Of a stretch of DNA of 64,000 bases, positions 56,086 to 64,000 are shown in pieces. Positions within the stretch are counted from its first letter, which is position 1. The number at the start of each line of letters is the position of its first letter. The notes under the pieces were generated by a model. That model did not search any database. It saw only the letters and a program-made list of their open reading frames with translations, and was not told the DNA's origin. The stretch comes from a virus (lineage: Duplodnaviria; Heunggongvirae; Uroviricota; Caudoviricetes), in IMG/VR virus record IMGVR_UViG_2639762884_000001. The stretch is one strand, 5' to 3'. Both the position numbers and the translations under genes were made by a program.

Positions 56086-56098
56086 GGTGGTTGTATGA
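55847..56098 (+). CDS. membrane protein with Thr/Pro-rich linker
   Basis: TM segment MAYVLIIVSLATVAVPA then TTPPSTTITTTP. Confidence 0.4.
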   Translation: MENFQRKRLKPMAYVLIIVSLATVAVPAGQSLLMPDSSITTPPSTTITTTPVERPVTLDGMTVDAIPQVHPVTQDHVVTKVVV

Positions 56099-56283
56099 AC
56101 TGGCTTTCAAATCACTTTGGGAAAATTTGGCTGGCAATTCTGGCTCTCATGGCCGCCGGTTGGGTATCCAACATTATAAAACTCGTTTGCTCAGGTGATC
56201 TCCAGTTTCAGGCTGGCATGACCTTGGCTCGTGTAGTTGGGATTTTTATTTTTCCAGTCGGTTCGGTACTTGGTTATTTCTGA
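56095..56283 (+). CDS. small membrane protein
   Basis: 62 aa, two hydrophobic segments. Confidence 0.45.
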   Translation: MNWLSNHFGKIWLAILALMAAGWVSNIIKLVCSGDLQFQAGMTLARVVGIFIFPVGSVLGYF

Positions 56284-56337
56284 CGGTTGTTAGTGCATAT
56301 GCATTGACCGTCTTTGCGTAAGCAATTTATGTAACCA

Positions 56338-56355
56338 GAAAACAATTTGTTTTGA
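56338..56355. promoter_or_regulatory. GAAAACAA-N-TTGTTT palindromic motif
   Basis: gaaaacaatttgttttga, 39 nt upstream of ATG 56377. Confidence 0.45.
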
Positions 56356-56376
56356 CAAATAGCAAAAGGAAAACAC

Positions 56377-56802
56377 ATGTTAGGTTTCTTCAAAAAGAAA
56401 ACTCGTAAAGCTGTTATCGAAGTCAAAAAAATGGAGAACCGTGATGCGGTTGAAGCCACCGTGTGGGGCGGGTACATGATCTCCTATGCCAACGGTACAT
56501 GCGATGCAAAAGAAATTTCCATTCTTGAGAAAACAATTGCAGCTCTGCCTGCATTTTCTCCTTTTGCTGGTGAGATTGCCCAGATGAGCGCCAATATCCG
56601 CGCTCAATACGAAGCCTCACCGCGCCGTGCTAATGCCCAGGCTTTACGTGAGCTGGCGGATGTGGCCGGGACTGATGATGCAGTAGATGTACTGTGTCTG
56701 TGCCTTGATATTGCCGACCAGGACGGCATTGATGAACCAGAAGAGCAGGCGCTGAAAAAGATCGCCCAGGCGCTTCAGTTGTCACTGGATGCTTATCTCT
56801 AA
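56377..56802 (+). CDS. hypothetical protein (possibly TerB-like)
   Basis: 141 aa; acidic C-terminal helical region with loose resemblance to TerB-type domains. Confidence 0.3.
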   Translation: MLGFFKKKTRKAVIEVKKMENRDAVEATVWGGYMISYANGTCDAKEISILEKTIAALPAFSPFAGEIAQMSANIRAQYEASPRRANAQALRELADVAGTDDAVDVLCLCLDIADQDGIDEPEEQALKKIAQALQLSLDAYL

Positions 56803-56960
56803 TGCTTGAGAGATTCCGGCTTGTGACCGTCATTGCTCTTCTGGTGATGGCGGTGTTGGTGGATTTTACGGGAAAGATGATGTCTGTCATTTCTGATGGC
56901 GTCCTCATTGGTCTGGCGATCTACTTCGCTTATCCGCTAGTCCGTAAAGCAACGTGTTAA
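56802..56960 (+). CDS. small membrane protein (52 aa, not in ORF table)
   Basis: ATG overlaps upstream stop; two hydrophobic segments; followed by terminator. Confidence 0.4.
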   Translation: MLERFRLVTVIALLVMAVLVDFTGKMMSVISDGVLIGLAIYFAYPLVRKATC

Positions 56961-56962
56961 TG

Positions 56963-56992
56963 ACAAGGGCCAAATGGCCCTTGTGTTTCGTT
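56963..56992 (+). terminator. rho-independent terminator
   Basis: acaagggcc aaa tggcccttgt followed by gtttcgtt. Confidence 0.6.
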
Positions 56993-57066
56993 GACCGAAA
57001 TAGAGAGTTTGCACCTTTACGTTTAGCTTGCTCCCCTTTTATGCCACATCACAATAAAGCCAATAA

Positions 57067-57084
57067 GAAAACAACTTGTTTAAG
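57067..57084. promoter_or_regulatory. GAAAACAA-N-TTGTTT palindromic motif
   Basis: gaaaacaacttgtttaag, 33 nt upstream of ATG 57100. Confidence 0.45.
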
Positions 57085-57099
57085 CATTAGGAAAAACAC

Positions 57100-57669
57100 A
57101 TGTGCAAGAAATGCAAAGCGATAGCTGATGAACAAAACGCCTTATTCGAAGAAATGGATGCTAATGAACTGGTCAAAATGTTAGCCATTCTTCGAGGAAT
57201 AGAAGACGTTTCCATATTTGAGAGAGTGGTTACAGCACTTAATTTTGAGTCCACCTTTGAAGAGCCAACTCAGGTTGTAGCTTTAGCACATCATTTCGGT
57301 GTTCATTATCTTGCTGAAAAAGAGCGCGCTGATAAGTTGCAGGCGACTTTGGATATGGTGAGCGAGACTCAACGAACTGATGACACTAACAAGAGTGAGG
57401 CGATTATTGCCAGCAAAGATCGTGAAATTGCTGGGCTTAAATCCTCTCTAACGATGTTGATGTCTGCGTTCAATCTTATGTCTTCTCAGGCGGGTTATAA
57501 AATGCCATCACTAAACAGCGATGATCCGATGGCCGTTCGTCAGCTTTTGGGAGCAATGGCCGACCAACTCGACGACACAAAGAGTCGCCTTGAAGACATG
57601 ATGCGTGAGTTAAGCCATCGACATAACCTCGCAACACAACCACACAAAGTCTTTCAAAGCTCTAATTGA
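57100..57669 (+). CDS. hypothetical protein
   Basis: 189-aa ORF with conserved AAAAACACATG leader. Confidence 0.5.
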   Translation: MCKKCKAIADEQNALFEEMDANELVKMLAILRGIEDVSIFERVVTALNFESTFEEPTQVVALAHHFGVHYLAEKERADKLQATLDMVSETQRTDDTNKSEAIIASKDREIAGLKSSLTMLMSAFNLMSSQAGYKMPSLNSDDPMAVRQLLGAMADQLDDTKSRLEDMMRELSHRHNLATQPHKVFQSSN

Positions 57670-57723
57670 TCTGATATGGCCGCATGATCGGCCATATTGT
57701 GTTGATAAAAACAAGGGTGAAAA

Positions 57724-58005
57724 ATGGCATACGGTACAGGGATTTACAACAATAAAGGAATTAACGTTACTGGCTTCCTTACACCTATTTTTTTTCTTGA
57801 TCGATTTACGGCGTCATCAGGCTCTAAGACGTACTCTAATCCGCCACCGGGTAAATCACTACATGCCGTGTGGTCATTAATGCCTCTTAACAACGACAAC
57901 TACATCAATTTACCTGTTCCAAATGTTACTATTAATGGAAATACGGTTAGTTGGTCAAATTTATATACGGGGCTTGGTTCTTACATATACACATACTGGG
58001 GATAA
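57724..58005 (+). CDS. hypothetical protein (AT-rich accessory gene 1 of 2)
   Basis: 93 aa, Asn/Tyr/Gly-rich; AT-rich composition. Confidence 0.45.
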   Translation: MAYGTGIYNNKGINVTGFLTPIFFLDRFTASSGSKTYSNPPPGKSLHAVWSLMPLNNDNYINLPVPNVTINGNTVSWSNLYTGLGSYIYTYWG

Positions 58006-58007
58006 TT

Positions 58008-58622
58008 ATGTTCGGGATGTCAATTACTCAATCAGATGGAAGTTTGTGGATGAGTCCAGAATTTACTCCGCAAAATCTGATTAATAAAGGGACAATGTCT
58101 ACATCTAAAGGTTCTGTTTTTCAAACATCAATCCCATCAAACAAATCATGTTTTTTTTTCATAAAAAGCAGTAATAAGGCGAACATGATGTTTATTCATG
58201 AGCATAGTAACGGATACAATGCTCTCAGATTGCATCAGGTAAATGGTAGCCCCGGAACAATAACAGTTTATGCTTTTTCTGATATGGTGTTACCACATTC
58301 TGGCTATGGCATTGCCATGTATAACAGCGCAGGCGCAATGGTGTATCACGGTGAGATGATGCCCCTTGATGCGAAACTTATCACTATTTCTGACCCTCAA
58401 TTTACAATAGATATGGGGTATCCATGTGCGGTAATGCCTGCTATGGTTGGAGTATATAACTATAGACGAACCGATTACGACAGACCTGTCTATGTAACAA
58501 TGACAGGTGCAACTGGAAACCAAGTATATAACGGTCAATGGTATTCCGGTAATGTCACATGGGATATTAAGAAGATTTATACAAACAAAATTCTGGTGAT
58601 AAATACCTCCAAGTATGATTAG
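58008..58622 (+). CDS. hypothetical protein (AT-rich accessory gene 2 of 2)
   Basis: ATG 58008 three nt after upstream stop; Asn/Tyr/Met-rich, predicted beta-rich. Confidence 0.45.
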   Translation: MFGMSITQSDGSLWMSPEFTPQNLINKGTMSTSKGSVFQTSIPSNKSCFFFIKSSNKANMMFIHEHSNGYNALRLHQVNGSPGTITVYAFSDMVLPHSGYGIAMYNSAGAMVYHGEMMPLDAKLITISDPQFTIDMGYPCAVMPAMVGVYNYRRTDYDRPVYVTMTGATGNQVYNGQWYSGNVTWDIKKIYTNKILVINTSKYD

Positions 58623-58685
58623 CCAATGCCTTTATTTGAAGGATTGCCTGTTTATTTCTATTTAGTACCTTTTCATTTTTGAAAT

Positions 58686-58725
58686 AATTGCACCATTAAA
58701 CAAATCACTTCTTAATGGTGCAATT
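58686..58725. promoter_or_regulatory. perfect 14-bp inverted repeat abutting the methyltransferase start codon
   Basis: aattgcaccattaa - 12 nt - ttaatggtgcaatt, ending at the ATG. Confidence 0.5.
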
Positions 58726-60411
58726 ATGAATACAGCCCTTTCCATCATCGACGATGCCAACTCAAACACTGCTATCGACTATCGGCAGGAAATGAACGTC
58801 ATCCACGAAATTGTGGCCGAGTGCGAGAAAGAGATCGCCTTCATGTATCAGGTTCACGACTTCGTTTATGGCGACGAACGCCACAACATGATTAATCGCC
58901 TGCTGAGACTAAACCATCGACCAGATGAAGATCGCTCGCGTTTAAATCGAGGTTGGTTGGATAAAGTCGATCTGGAATGGGTGAAACAGAATATTTGGGC
59001 CGAGTACTGGAGGAAGGTCACGGACATGACTAACGTTTTGCTGATCATGCCAGCTTCCCGTCGAGATGAGTGGCGCGAGCAGTTTATAGAGGGCAAACAG
59101 GAAGTCATCAAAACTGACAGAACCGGCTACCAGATGAAGGTTAAAGAGTTCGTTGGTGTACCGGAGTTCAAAGCAGAAACGGTCATACCCACGATGCTTA
59201 ATTTGCTGAATGACAGGCACAAATATCTCTCTGAGCGCGTGTATGGCTTGTTTAAGGCGCTGAGTCCTGCGCACAAGACAAATAAGACAAACGGTTTCAG
59301 CGAGCGTCTGATAATCGCTGACTGCATTTCTGATTTCTGGCGGGACAGCGTTAGCGTGAACTATCGCAAAGAGGACTACATCGACGATCTGCGTGTCTTG
59401 CTTCATTTCTTCGCGCACAAAGAATTTATTACCATCAACCGCACTGCTGAGGTGCTATCAGCTGCGTATCGGGCAAACGACTGCCAGACCGGTGACTGGA
59501 TGAACGTCGATGGAAATCTGATGCGCGTGAAGATGTTCAAGAACGGCAACGTTCACTTTGAAATACATCCTGACGTGGCCTGGAAGTTGAATGAGGTGCT
59601 GGCTTACAGTATGCCTGCTGCAATTCCCGCGCCATGCCGAACTGCGCCAAAAACACGGGCACCAAAGCAGTTCGGGTTAATCCAGAAGACGATCTCCGTG
59701 CCGGTTCGCACTGCGCTTCGTGACGGGCGATTTAGCAAAGACAAAGGCGTATGGTACTTCTCTGATTCAGCTCTCCAGAAGTCGCAGGTGGAAGAGCTTG
59801 AGCGCACACTGAGCTTCATTGGCGGCGTGCAGGAGAAAAAGCACTGGCAGTTCCCGTATGAGATCGGCCATACGCTAAATACGATTGTGGCTACCGGTTT
59901 AATACCGGATACAAAATCACACCAGTTCTACCCTACCCCACGCTTGATTGCTGAGTACGTTGCCAGAGCCACTGAATTGAAGCCTGGTGAGAAGTTGTTG
60001 GAGCCTCAAGCCGGACGTGGGGATCTTCTGGCCTATATTAACGCCGATCTGGAAGATGTTACCTGCATAGAAATCGCACCTCTCTTCGCTGATATCCTGC
60101 GTGGAAAAGGGTATACGAACACGATTTGCTGCGACTTCATAAAGTGGTCTGAGGACAACGCAGGTTATCAGTTCGACAAAATCGTTATGAACCCGCCGTA
60201 CTCGCTTGGTCGTCATAGAGAGCACACGCTGGCTGCGCTGGGGCATCTGAAAGTCGGCGGGCGTCTTGTAGCAGTATTGCCGGGCACTGCGCCAATACTG
60301 GACTGGATGACGATGGATAATTACGTTTATGCCAGAGGGAAGTCGTTTACCAACGAGTTTGAAGACACAGGGATCACAGTCAGCGTATACGTTTTCAAAC
60401 GCGTTAAATGA
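58726..60411 (+). CDS. DNA N6-adenine methyltransferase (gamma-class) fused to a large N-terminal domain of unknown function
   Basis: C-terminal ~180 aa: FYPTP, SAM motif LEPQAGRGDLL, catalytic MNPPYS; N-terminal ~380 aa without recognised motif; no adjacent restriction enzyme gene. Confidence 0.65.
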   Translation: MNTALSIIDDANSNTAIDYRQEMNVIHEIVAECEKEIAFMYQVHDFVYGDERHNMINRLLRLNHRPDEDRSRLNRGWLDKVDLEWVKQNIWAEYWRKVTDMTNVLLIMPASRRDEWREQFIEGKQEVIKTDRTGYQMKVKEFVGVPEFKAETVIPTMLNLLNDRHKYLSERVYGLFKALSPAHKTNKTNGFSERLIIADCISDFWRDSVSVNYRKEDYIDDLRVLLHFFAHKEFITINRTAEVLSAAYRANDCQTGDWMNVDGNLMRVKMFKNGNVHFEIHPDVAWKLNEVLAYSMPAAIPAPCRTAPKTRAPKQFGLIQKTISVPVRTALRDGRFSKDKGVWYFSDSALQKSQVEELERTLSFIGGVQEKKHWQFPYEIGHTLNTIVATGLIPDTKSHQFYPTPRLIAEYVARATELKPGEKLLEPQAGRGDLLAYINADLEDVTCIEIAPLFADILRGKGYTNTICCDFIKWSEDNAGYQFDKIVMNPPYSLGRHREHTLAALGHLKVGGRLVAVLPGTAPILDWMTMDNYVYARGKSFTNEFEDTGITVSVYVFKRVK

Positions 60412-60429
60412 TAGGTAAATACTTACTTA
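60411..60429. promoter_or_regulatory. ATAGGTAAATACTTACTTA motif (family member)
   Basis: Overlaps the methyltransferase stop codon. Confidence 0.3.
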
Positions 60430-60472
60430 ATTTGTGTAAGAATGTAATAACTAAACGATAAGAGAAAAACAC

Positions 60473-61177
60473 ATGAACAACCTCCAGTTAGAGCATTTTA
60501 ACGTCACAGGCCATTCTGATTTTCCTTTCAAGTTTACATTGAAAGGTTATGCAGAGGATGCGGTAGGCCAGATCATTATTGATAAAGGCATCGTTAAGTT
60601 TGAGGGGGATTTTGATGAATCCGCGAAAACATTCATAGACTTCGTTGCCAAACGTTGGAGCGAGCAATGGAAAGACCTGGAAAAGCGCGCTAATGAGTTT
60701 GATCGGTTCATGGATGCAATGGATACAGCAAAAGAGGCTCTTGCTGCCGGGACTCCGTTAGATCTGGAGTCACTTTTCAACGGCGAAGTGGCCTCTGCGA
60801 TGTTCGCCACCATGTTCGCGGGTGAGTTCGTCCGCAGCGGTGCCAAAAACTACCTTGAGCTGGATTACAACGTCCCTGCAATTGGCGATTTCGTCGTTAC
60901 CATCCAACGCAAAGAAGGTAAGACGCCAGGTGAACGCGTCGCAGAGCTTGAGGCCGTTGTGGATCAGCGTAACGGAGAGTGTGACCGTTTGATCAACGAG
61001 CTTCATGCACTTCGGGAAGAAAGAATATGCGCGGGTAGTAATACACGTAATGCAGCGGATATCTACTTCCAGTTAGTTGAGGAATGCCAGATTCCACCAG
61101 GTGGCTCTCTTGTCGATTACGTCAGACATTTAATGGCGGAAGTTAACTCCAGCCATAAAGATGGTGAGGTGCGCTGA
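60473..61177 (+). CDS. hypothetical protein
   Basis: 234-aa ORF with AGAGAAAAACACATG leader. Confidence 0.5.
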   Translation: MNNLQLEHFNVTGHSDFPFKFTLKGYAEDAVGQIIIDKGIVKFEGDFDESAKTFIDFVAKRWSEQWKDLEKRANEFDRFMDAMDTAKEALAAGTPLDLESLFNGEVASAMFATMFAGEFVRSGAKNYLELDYNVPAIGDFVVTIQRKEGKTPGERVAELEAVVDQRNGECDRLINELHALREERICAGSNTRNAADIYFQLVEECQIPPGGSLVDYVRHLMAEVNSSHKDGEVR

Positions 61178-61557
61178 TGTTTGGCATTGATGCACAGCGT
61201 ATAGCCGCTTTTGCAAAAAGTCCTCTTGATAATCCCTTGTCTCGTAGTGAGCAAATGGCGCTGGCAAGGCTTTTTCTTCACATTCAAAAACAGGCAGACG
61301 TTTTCAATAACATGCCTGATCAACCTATTCTGGATGGTCACATCCAGATGGTCATTAACAGTCATGAGAAAGGCTGGGCTGCAATCGTCCCCTGCACAAT
61401 TACATACAAGTTGGCGAAAGAGGTTCAAGAGTTTCGAAAAGCCAGTGTCGAATCGGAGTCTACCAAAGCCGCAATAAACACTCTTATTCGCATGGGGTTC
61501 ACATGGACCGGTGGAGCCTACTGGCAAGCACCTCAACCCATTTTATCCGGCAATTAG
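61177..61557 (+). CDS. hypothetical protein
   Basis: 126-aa ORF, ATG overlaps upstream stop; GGTGAGGTG RBS. Confidence 0.5.
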   Translation: MFGIDAQRIAAFAKSPLDNPLSRSEQMALARLFLHIQKQADVFNNMPDQPILDGHIQMVINSHEKGWAAIVPCTITYKLAKEVQEFRKASVESESTKAAINTLIRMGFTWTGGAYWQAPQPILSGN

Positions 61558-61588
61558 GCGCTACAAATCCTTCTGCATGAATAAATAA

Positions 61589-61625
61589 AGGCCATAACTT
61601 ATGGCCTTAAATAAATTGTTTTCTA
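61589..61625 (+). terminator. rho-independent terminator
   Basis: aaggccat aact tatggcctt followed by aaataaattgtttt. Confidence 0.6.
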
Positions 61626-61695
61626 CCTTTTCTTATTTGTGAAAATAAACCAGCACTTGGTAGTACTTATGTAACAGCAAAGAAGAGAAAAACAC

Positions 61696-62151
61696 ATGAG
61701 TAACAAAATCGAAAATCCCGTAGTTCTCATTCACAAGCGCGAGAACCACGACTCCTATGCGGTGGCGATCACCAATGGGAGTCACGATTTTTACGATGGC
61801 CTGCTAATGGCCTCAGTGTCGCCTGATGAGGCAGACAACTCTTTTGCCGTCTTCGCTATGGTTGGTTACTACATGGCTGCCGAAATTGAGAAGTTGCGGG
61901 CGCAGAGAGACGCATTAGCGGCGGAGAATGCAGCCCTGAAAGAATCTGAGCGAGCATTCGATGCGATGTGTGCCGAGGAACACGGAGATAATTGGGTTAG
62001 CGAATTAACGGAGACTCCAGCAACCGATGCTTTTCTGGCTGAAGTACGTGCGCAGGGCGTGGAGATGTTTGCTGAGTGCGCATACACACTTGAACATCAT
62101 GATCACGCAGTAGCTTTTGCCGCTGAGCTTCGTACAGGAGCTAAACAGTGA
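61696..62151 (+). CDS. hypothetical protein
   Basis: 151-aa ORF with AGAGAAAAACACATG leader. Confidence 0.5.
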   Translation: MSNKIENPVVLIHKRENHDSYAVAITNGSHDFYDGLLMASVSPDEADNSFAVFAMVGYYMAAEIEKLRAQRDALAAENAALKESERAFDAMCAEEHGDNWVSELTETPATDAFLAEVRAQGVEMFAECAYTLEHHDHAVAFAAELRTGAKQ

Positions 62152-62714
62152 ATGAGATTTACTACCTGACGTTACGTGAACGTTATTCACCAAAACCAGC
62201 GCCTAAATGCTCTGTTTGTGGCGAGGAAATGTCAATACAGCGCATATCTGGAGCACATGTTGTTTATGCCTGTTCCGGTGAGGGTGATGACGGATATTTT
62301 AAGATAGGGCGTACTTTTGCAGACGAACATTATGAAAAATCACGCGTAACAGTAGTTGATGATAGTGATCCCGATGTGATTGCACTGCTGGACGAACTGG
62401 ATAAAAGACAGCAACACATCCGACGTCTTGAGCAGGAGAACGTAGAGATGGCCCTAACGCTTGAGAAACTGCGTGTTGAGCTGGAGACCGTTAAACAGCG
62501 GGAAAAGGATCTGTTTATGGAAAATGTTCGACTTAAGTCAGGTATAGCAGGTCTGATACACCTCGGTATTCGATATGCGGATGTCGAAGTCATGAAAATA
62601 GCTGGAGATGCCCAGCTTTCTACTCCCTGTACTGACAGCATCATAAACAGTATTGCATCAGGCGTTTTCACCAAAGAGGGTCAGCATGATGAGAACAGTA
62701 GAAGTTCGCGCTGA
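62148..62714 (+). CDS. hypothetical protein with zinc-ribbon-like Cys pairs and coiled coil
   Basis: GTG start overlapping upstream stop; CSVCGEE...YACSGEG; RRLEQENVEMALTLEKLRVELETVKQREKD. Confidence 0.45.
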   Translation: MNEIYYLTLRERYSPKPAPKCSVCGEEMSIQRISGAHVVYACSGEGDDGYFKIGRTFADEHYEKSRVTVVDDSDPDVIALLDELDKRQQHIRRLEQENVEMALTLEKLRVELETVKQREKDLFMENVRLKSGIAGLIHLGIRYADVEVMKIAGDAQLSTPCTDSIINSIASGVFTKEGQHDENSRSSR

Positions 62715-62874
62715 AGATGTAACCCCAGGTGATGTGGTCATAACATCTAAAGGCAAACGATGTGCGGTTAAATCTTTCTGGATGAACGGTGAAAAAGTGA
62801 CTCTGTTCGGTACGGATGGTTCCGAAACTGATTATGACTACGACGAATTGCTTGTTGTTGAGAGAGCCACCTAA
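62686..62874 (+). CDS. small hypothetical protein
   Basis: ATG 62686 with AAAGAGGG RBS; table start 62653. Confidence 0.4.
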   Translation: MMRTVEVRAEDVTPGDVVITSKGKRCAVKSFWMNGEKVTLFGTDGSETDYDYDELLVVERAT

Positions 62875-63410
62875 TGACCACCTTTACCAAAGAACAGTTA
62901 ATCTCCCATGCACGCGAAAGCGTTAGTTATCTGGAAGACTTGAAAGGACGTGTTAGTAAAGAAGGAGCGGACTGCAAAGTTGTTCATGAGATGGTTGAAC
63001 GAGATCTAAAACTGGCTCGAATTGCACTGACCTCACTGGAGGCAGAGCCAGTGGCGTGGCTGGTAACACTCACAAAAAACGATCAGGAATCAGTCTCTAT
63101 TATTTACCGTGACTGTGCAGAGAAAGATACATGGGTTCGGATACATGAGTCACTCGGTTCTGTCGCACATGTTGCCCCGCTTTACATGGCGCAGCCAGAA
63201 CCGTCGAAGGAGGAGAAAGGACGTTCAGTCATCCAGGGTAAAGCCGATAATTCACCATTGCCGCGCTACCAGGTTATCGAATTAACAATGCTGGTTAAAC
63301 AATTGGTCAGCCAACTGAAAAAAGCAAAACCTGATTGCAAATTACCGGATAGGGCGATGGATTATCTTTTGCGGAACGGACTGCTAAGTGTGGAGGATGC
63401 CTTACGATGA
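62874..63410 (+). CDS. hypothetical protein
   Basis: 178-aa ORF, ATG overlaps upstream stop. Confidence 0.5.
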   Translation: MTTFTKEQLISHARESVSYLEDLKGRVSKEGADCKVVHEMVERDLKLARIALTSLEAEPVAWLVTLTKNDQESVSIIYRDCAEKDTWVRIHESLGSVAHVAPLYMAQPEPSKEEKGRSVIQGKADNSPLPRYQVIELTMLVKQLVSQLKKAKPDCKLPDRAMDYLLRNGLLSVEDALR

Positions 63411-63970
63411 TTGAAATGACAAAAGAAGAACTAACACAGGCAACAAAGGATTACGGAAAAAAGCACATCGCACATCGTATGGCGAATGTGTTACTGGCCT
63501 TGTCTGAACAAAAGCCATCTGCGTTTGTAATGAAAGATGATTTGGCCGATCCGGCAATTGTTTCGACTCCGGCATATTTAGATATTGAGGATGCGGAACA
63601 AAAAACGATTGGGGATATTGTCGCGCTTTATGCCGATCCCTTTCCTGTCATCGGCGACACTACTGCTCTTGTGGACGATATTTTAAACATTCTCGCGCTT
63701 CTTGAGGCTGGCGATTGGTCAGAACATTGCACTAAAACGGAGTTAGGCGGTCGGCTTGAAAGAGAGATTACACAACTTATTGGTGATGCCCAAAATGATT
63801 TGTCACCTGAGCATCTCCCCTGCGATGTAGTCCTTGTGCCAGGGATGAGGATACACGAAGGCGTCAGAACGAAAACATTATTAACCGCATTACAGAGAAG
63901 AGCCGAACTAAGCTCGCGGATAAAGTTGATGGATTTGCCCCTATATTTCCAGACATCTGTTATCACTTAA
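63407..63970 (+). CDS. hypothetical protein
   Basis: 187-aa ORF, ATG overlaps upstream stop. Confidence 0.5.
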   Translation: MIEMTKEELTQATKDYGKKHIAHRMANVLLALSEQKPSAFVMKDDLADPAIVSTPAYLDIEDAEQKTIGDIVALYADPFPVIGDTTALVDDILNILALLEAGDWSEHCTKTELGGRLEREITQLIGDAQNDLSPEHLPCDVVLVPGMRIHEGVRTKTLLTALQRRAELSSRIKLMDLPLYFQTSVIT

Positions 63971-64000
63971 CCCATTACAAGCCCGCTGCCGCAGATATTC

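Noticed and set aside
1-64000. Initial impression of a T5-like lytic phage (tRNAs, DHFR, ThyA, NrdAB, FEN, tail fibre)
   Set aside because: T5-like phages do not carry a RepA/iteron replicon, ParAB, a tyrosine recombinase or a DnaE-type polymerase; the content fits a phage-plasmid better.

Overview
Dense, almost entirely coding window (about 95 genes, mostly + strand) from a large tailed phage that also carries a plasmid-type maintenance module, so it reads as a phage-plasmid (extrachromosomal prophage); the SSU5/pHCM2-like comparison is from memory only. Content in order: 3' end of a tail-fibre gene; a lysis cassette (holin-like, endolysin-like, overlapping i-/o-spanin); a small ParA/ParB partition pair; DnaB-like helicase and DnaG-like primase; a secreted Sel1-repeat protein and a lipoprotein; ATP-dependent DNA ligase; a chain of small membrane-protein genes; four tRNAs (Asn, Tyr, Thr, Ser); an AT-rich membrane-protein gene, a glutaredoxin, a tyrosine recombinase and an HTH regulator; a CobT-like vWA / CobS-like AAA+ pair; a DnaE-type polymerase; a T4-like recombination block (UvsY-like, SSB, flap endonuclease, RecA/UvsX-like); an SPFH protein; a RepA-type initiator flanked by two iteron arrays with a DnaA box and GATC cluster; SbcD/SbcC, RuvC-like resolvase; NrdA/NrdB, ThyA, DHFR, a nucleotide kinase, a DnaQ-like exonuclease; two orphan adenine methyltransferases; host-like RNase HI; and many small hypothetical genes. 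I found no established multi-gene defence system that I can name; the best candidates for something new are single AT-rich insertions (28457-29422, 17209-18429, 57724-58622), the recombinase/tRNA neighbourhood, and several repeated non-coding motif families. All calls rest on reading the translations and sequence by eye; no searches or computations were run, hand-derived coordinates of non-ORF features may be off by 1-2 nt, and ORF-table starts (which include GTG/TTG) were moved to the most plausible ATG/GTG with an RBS where noted.
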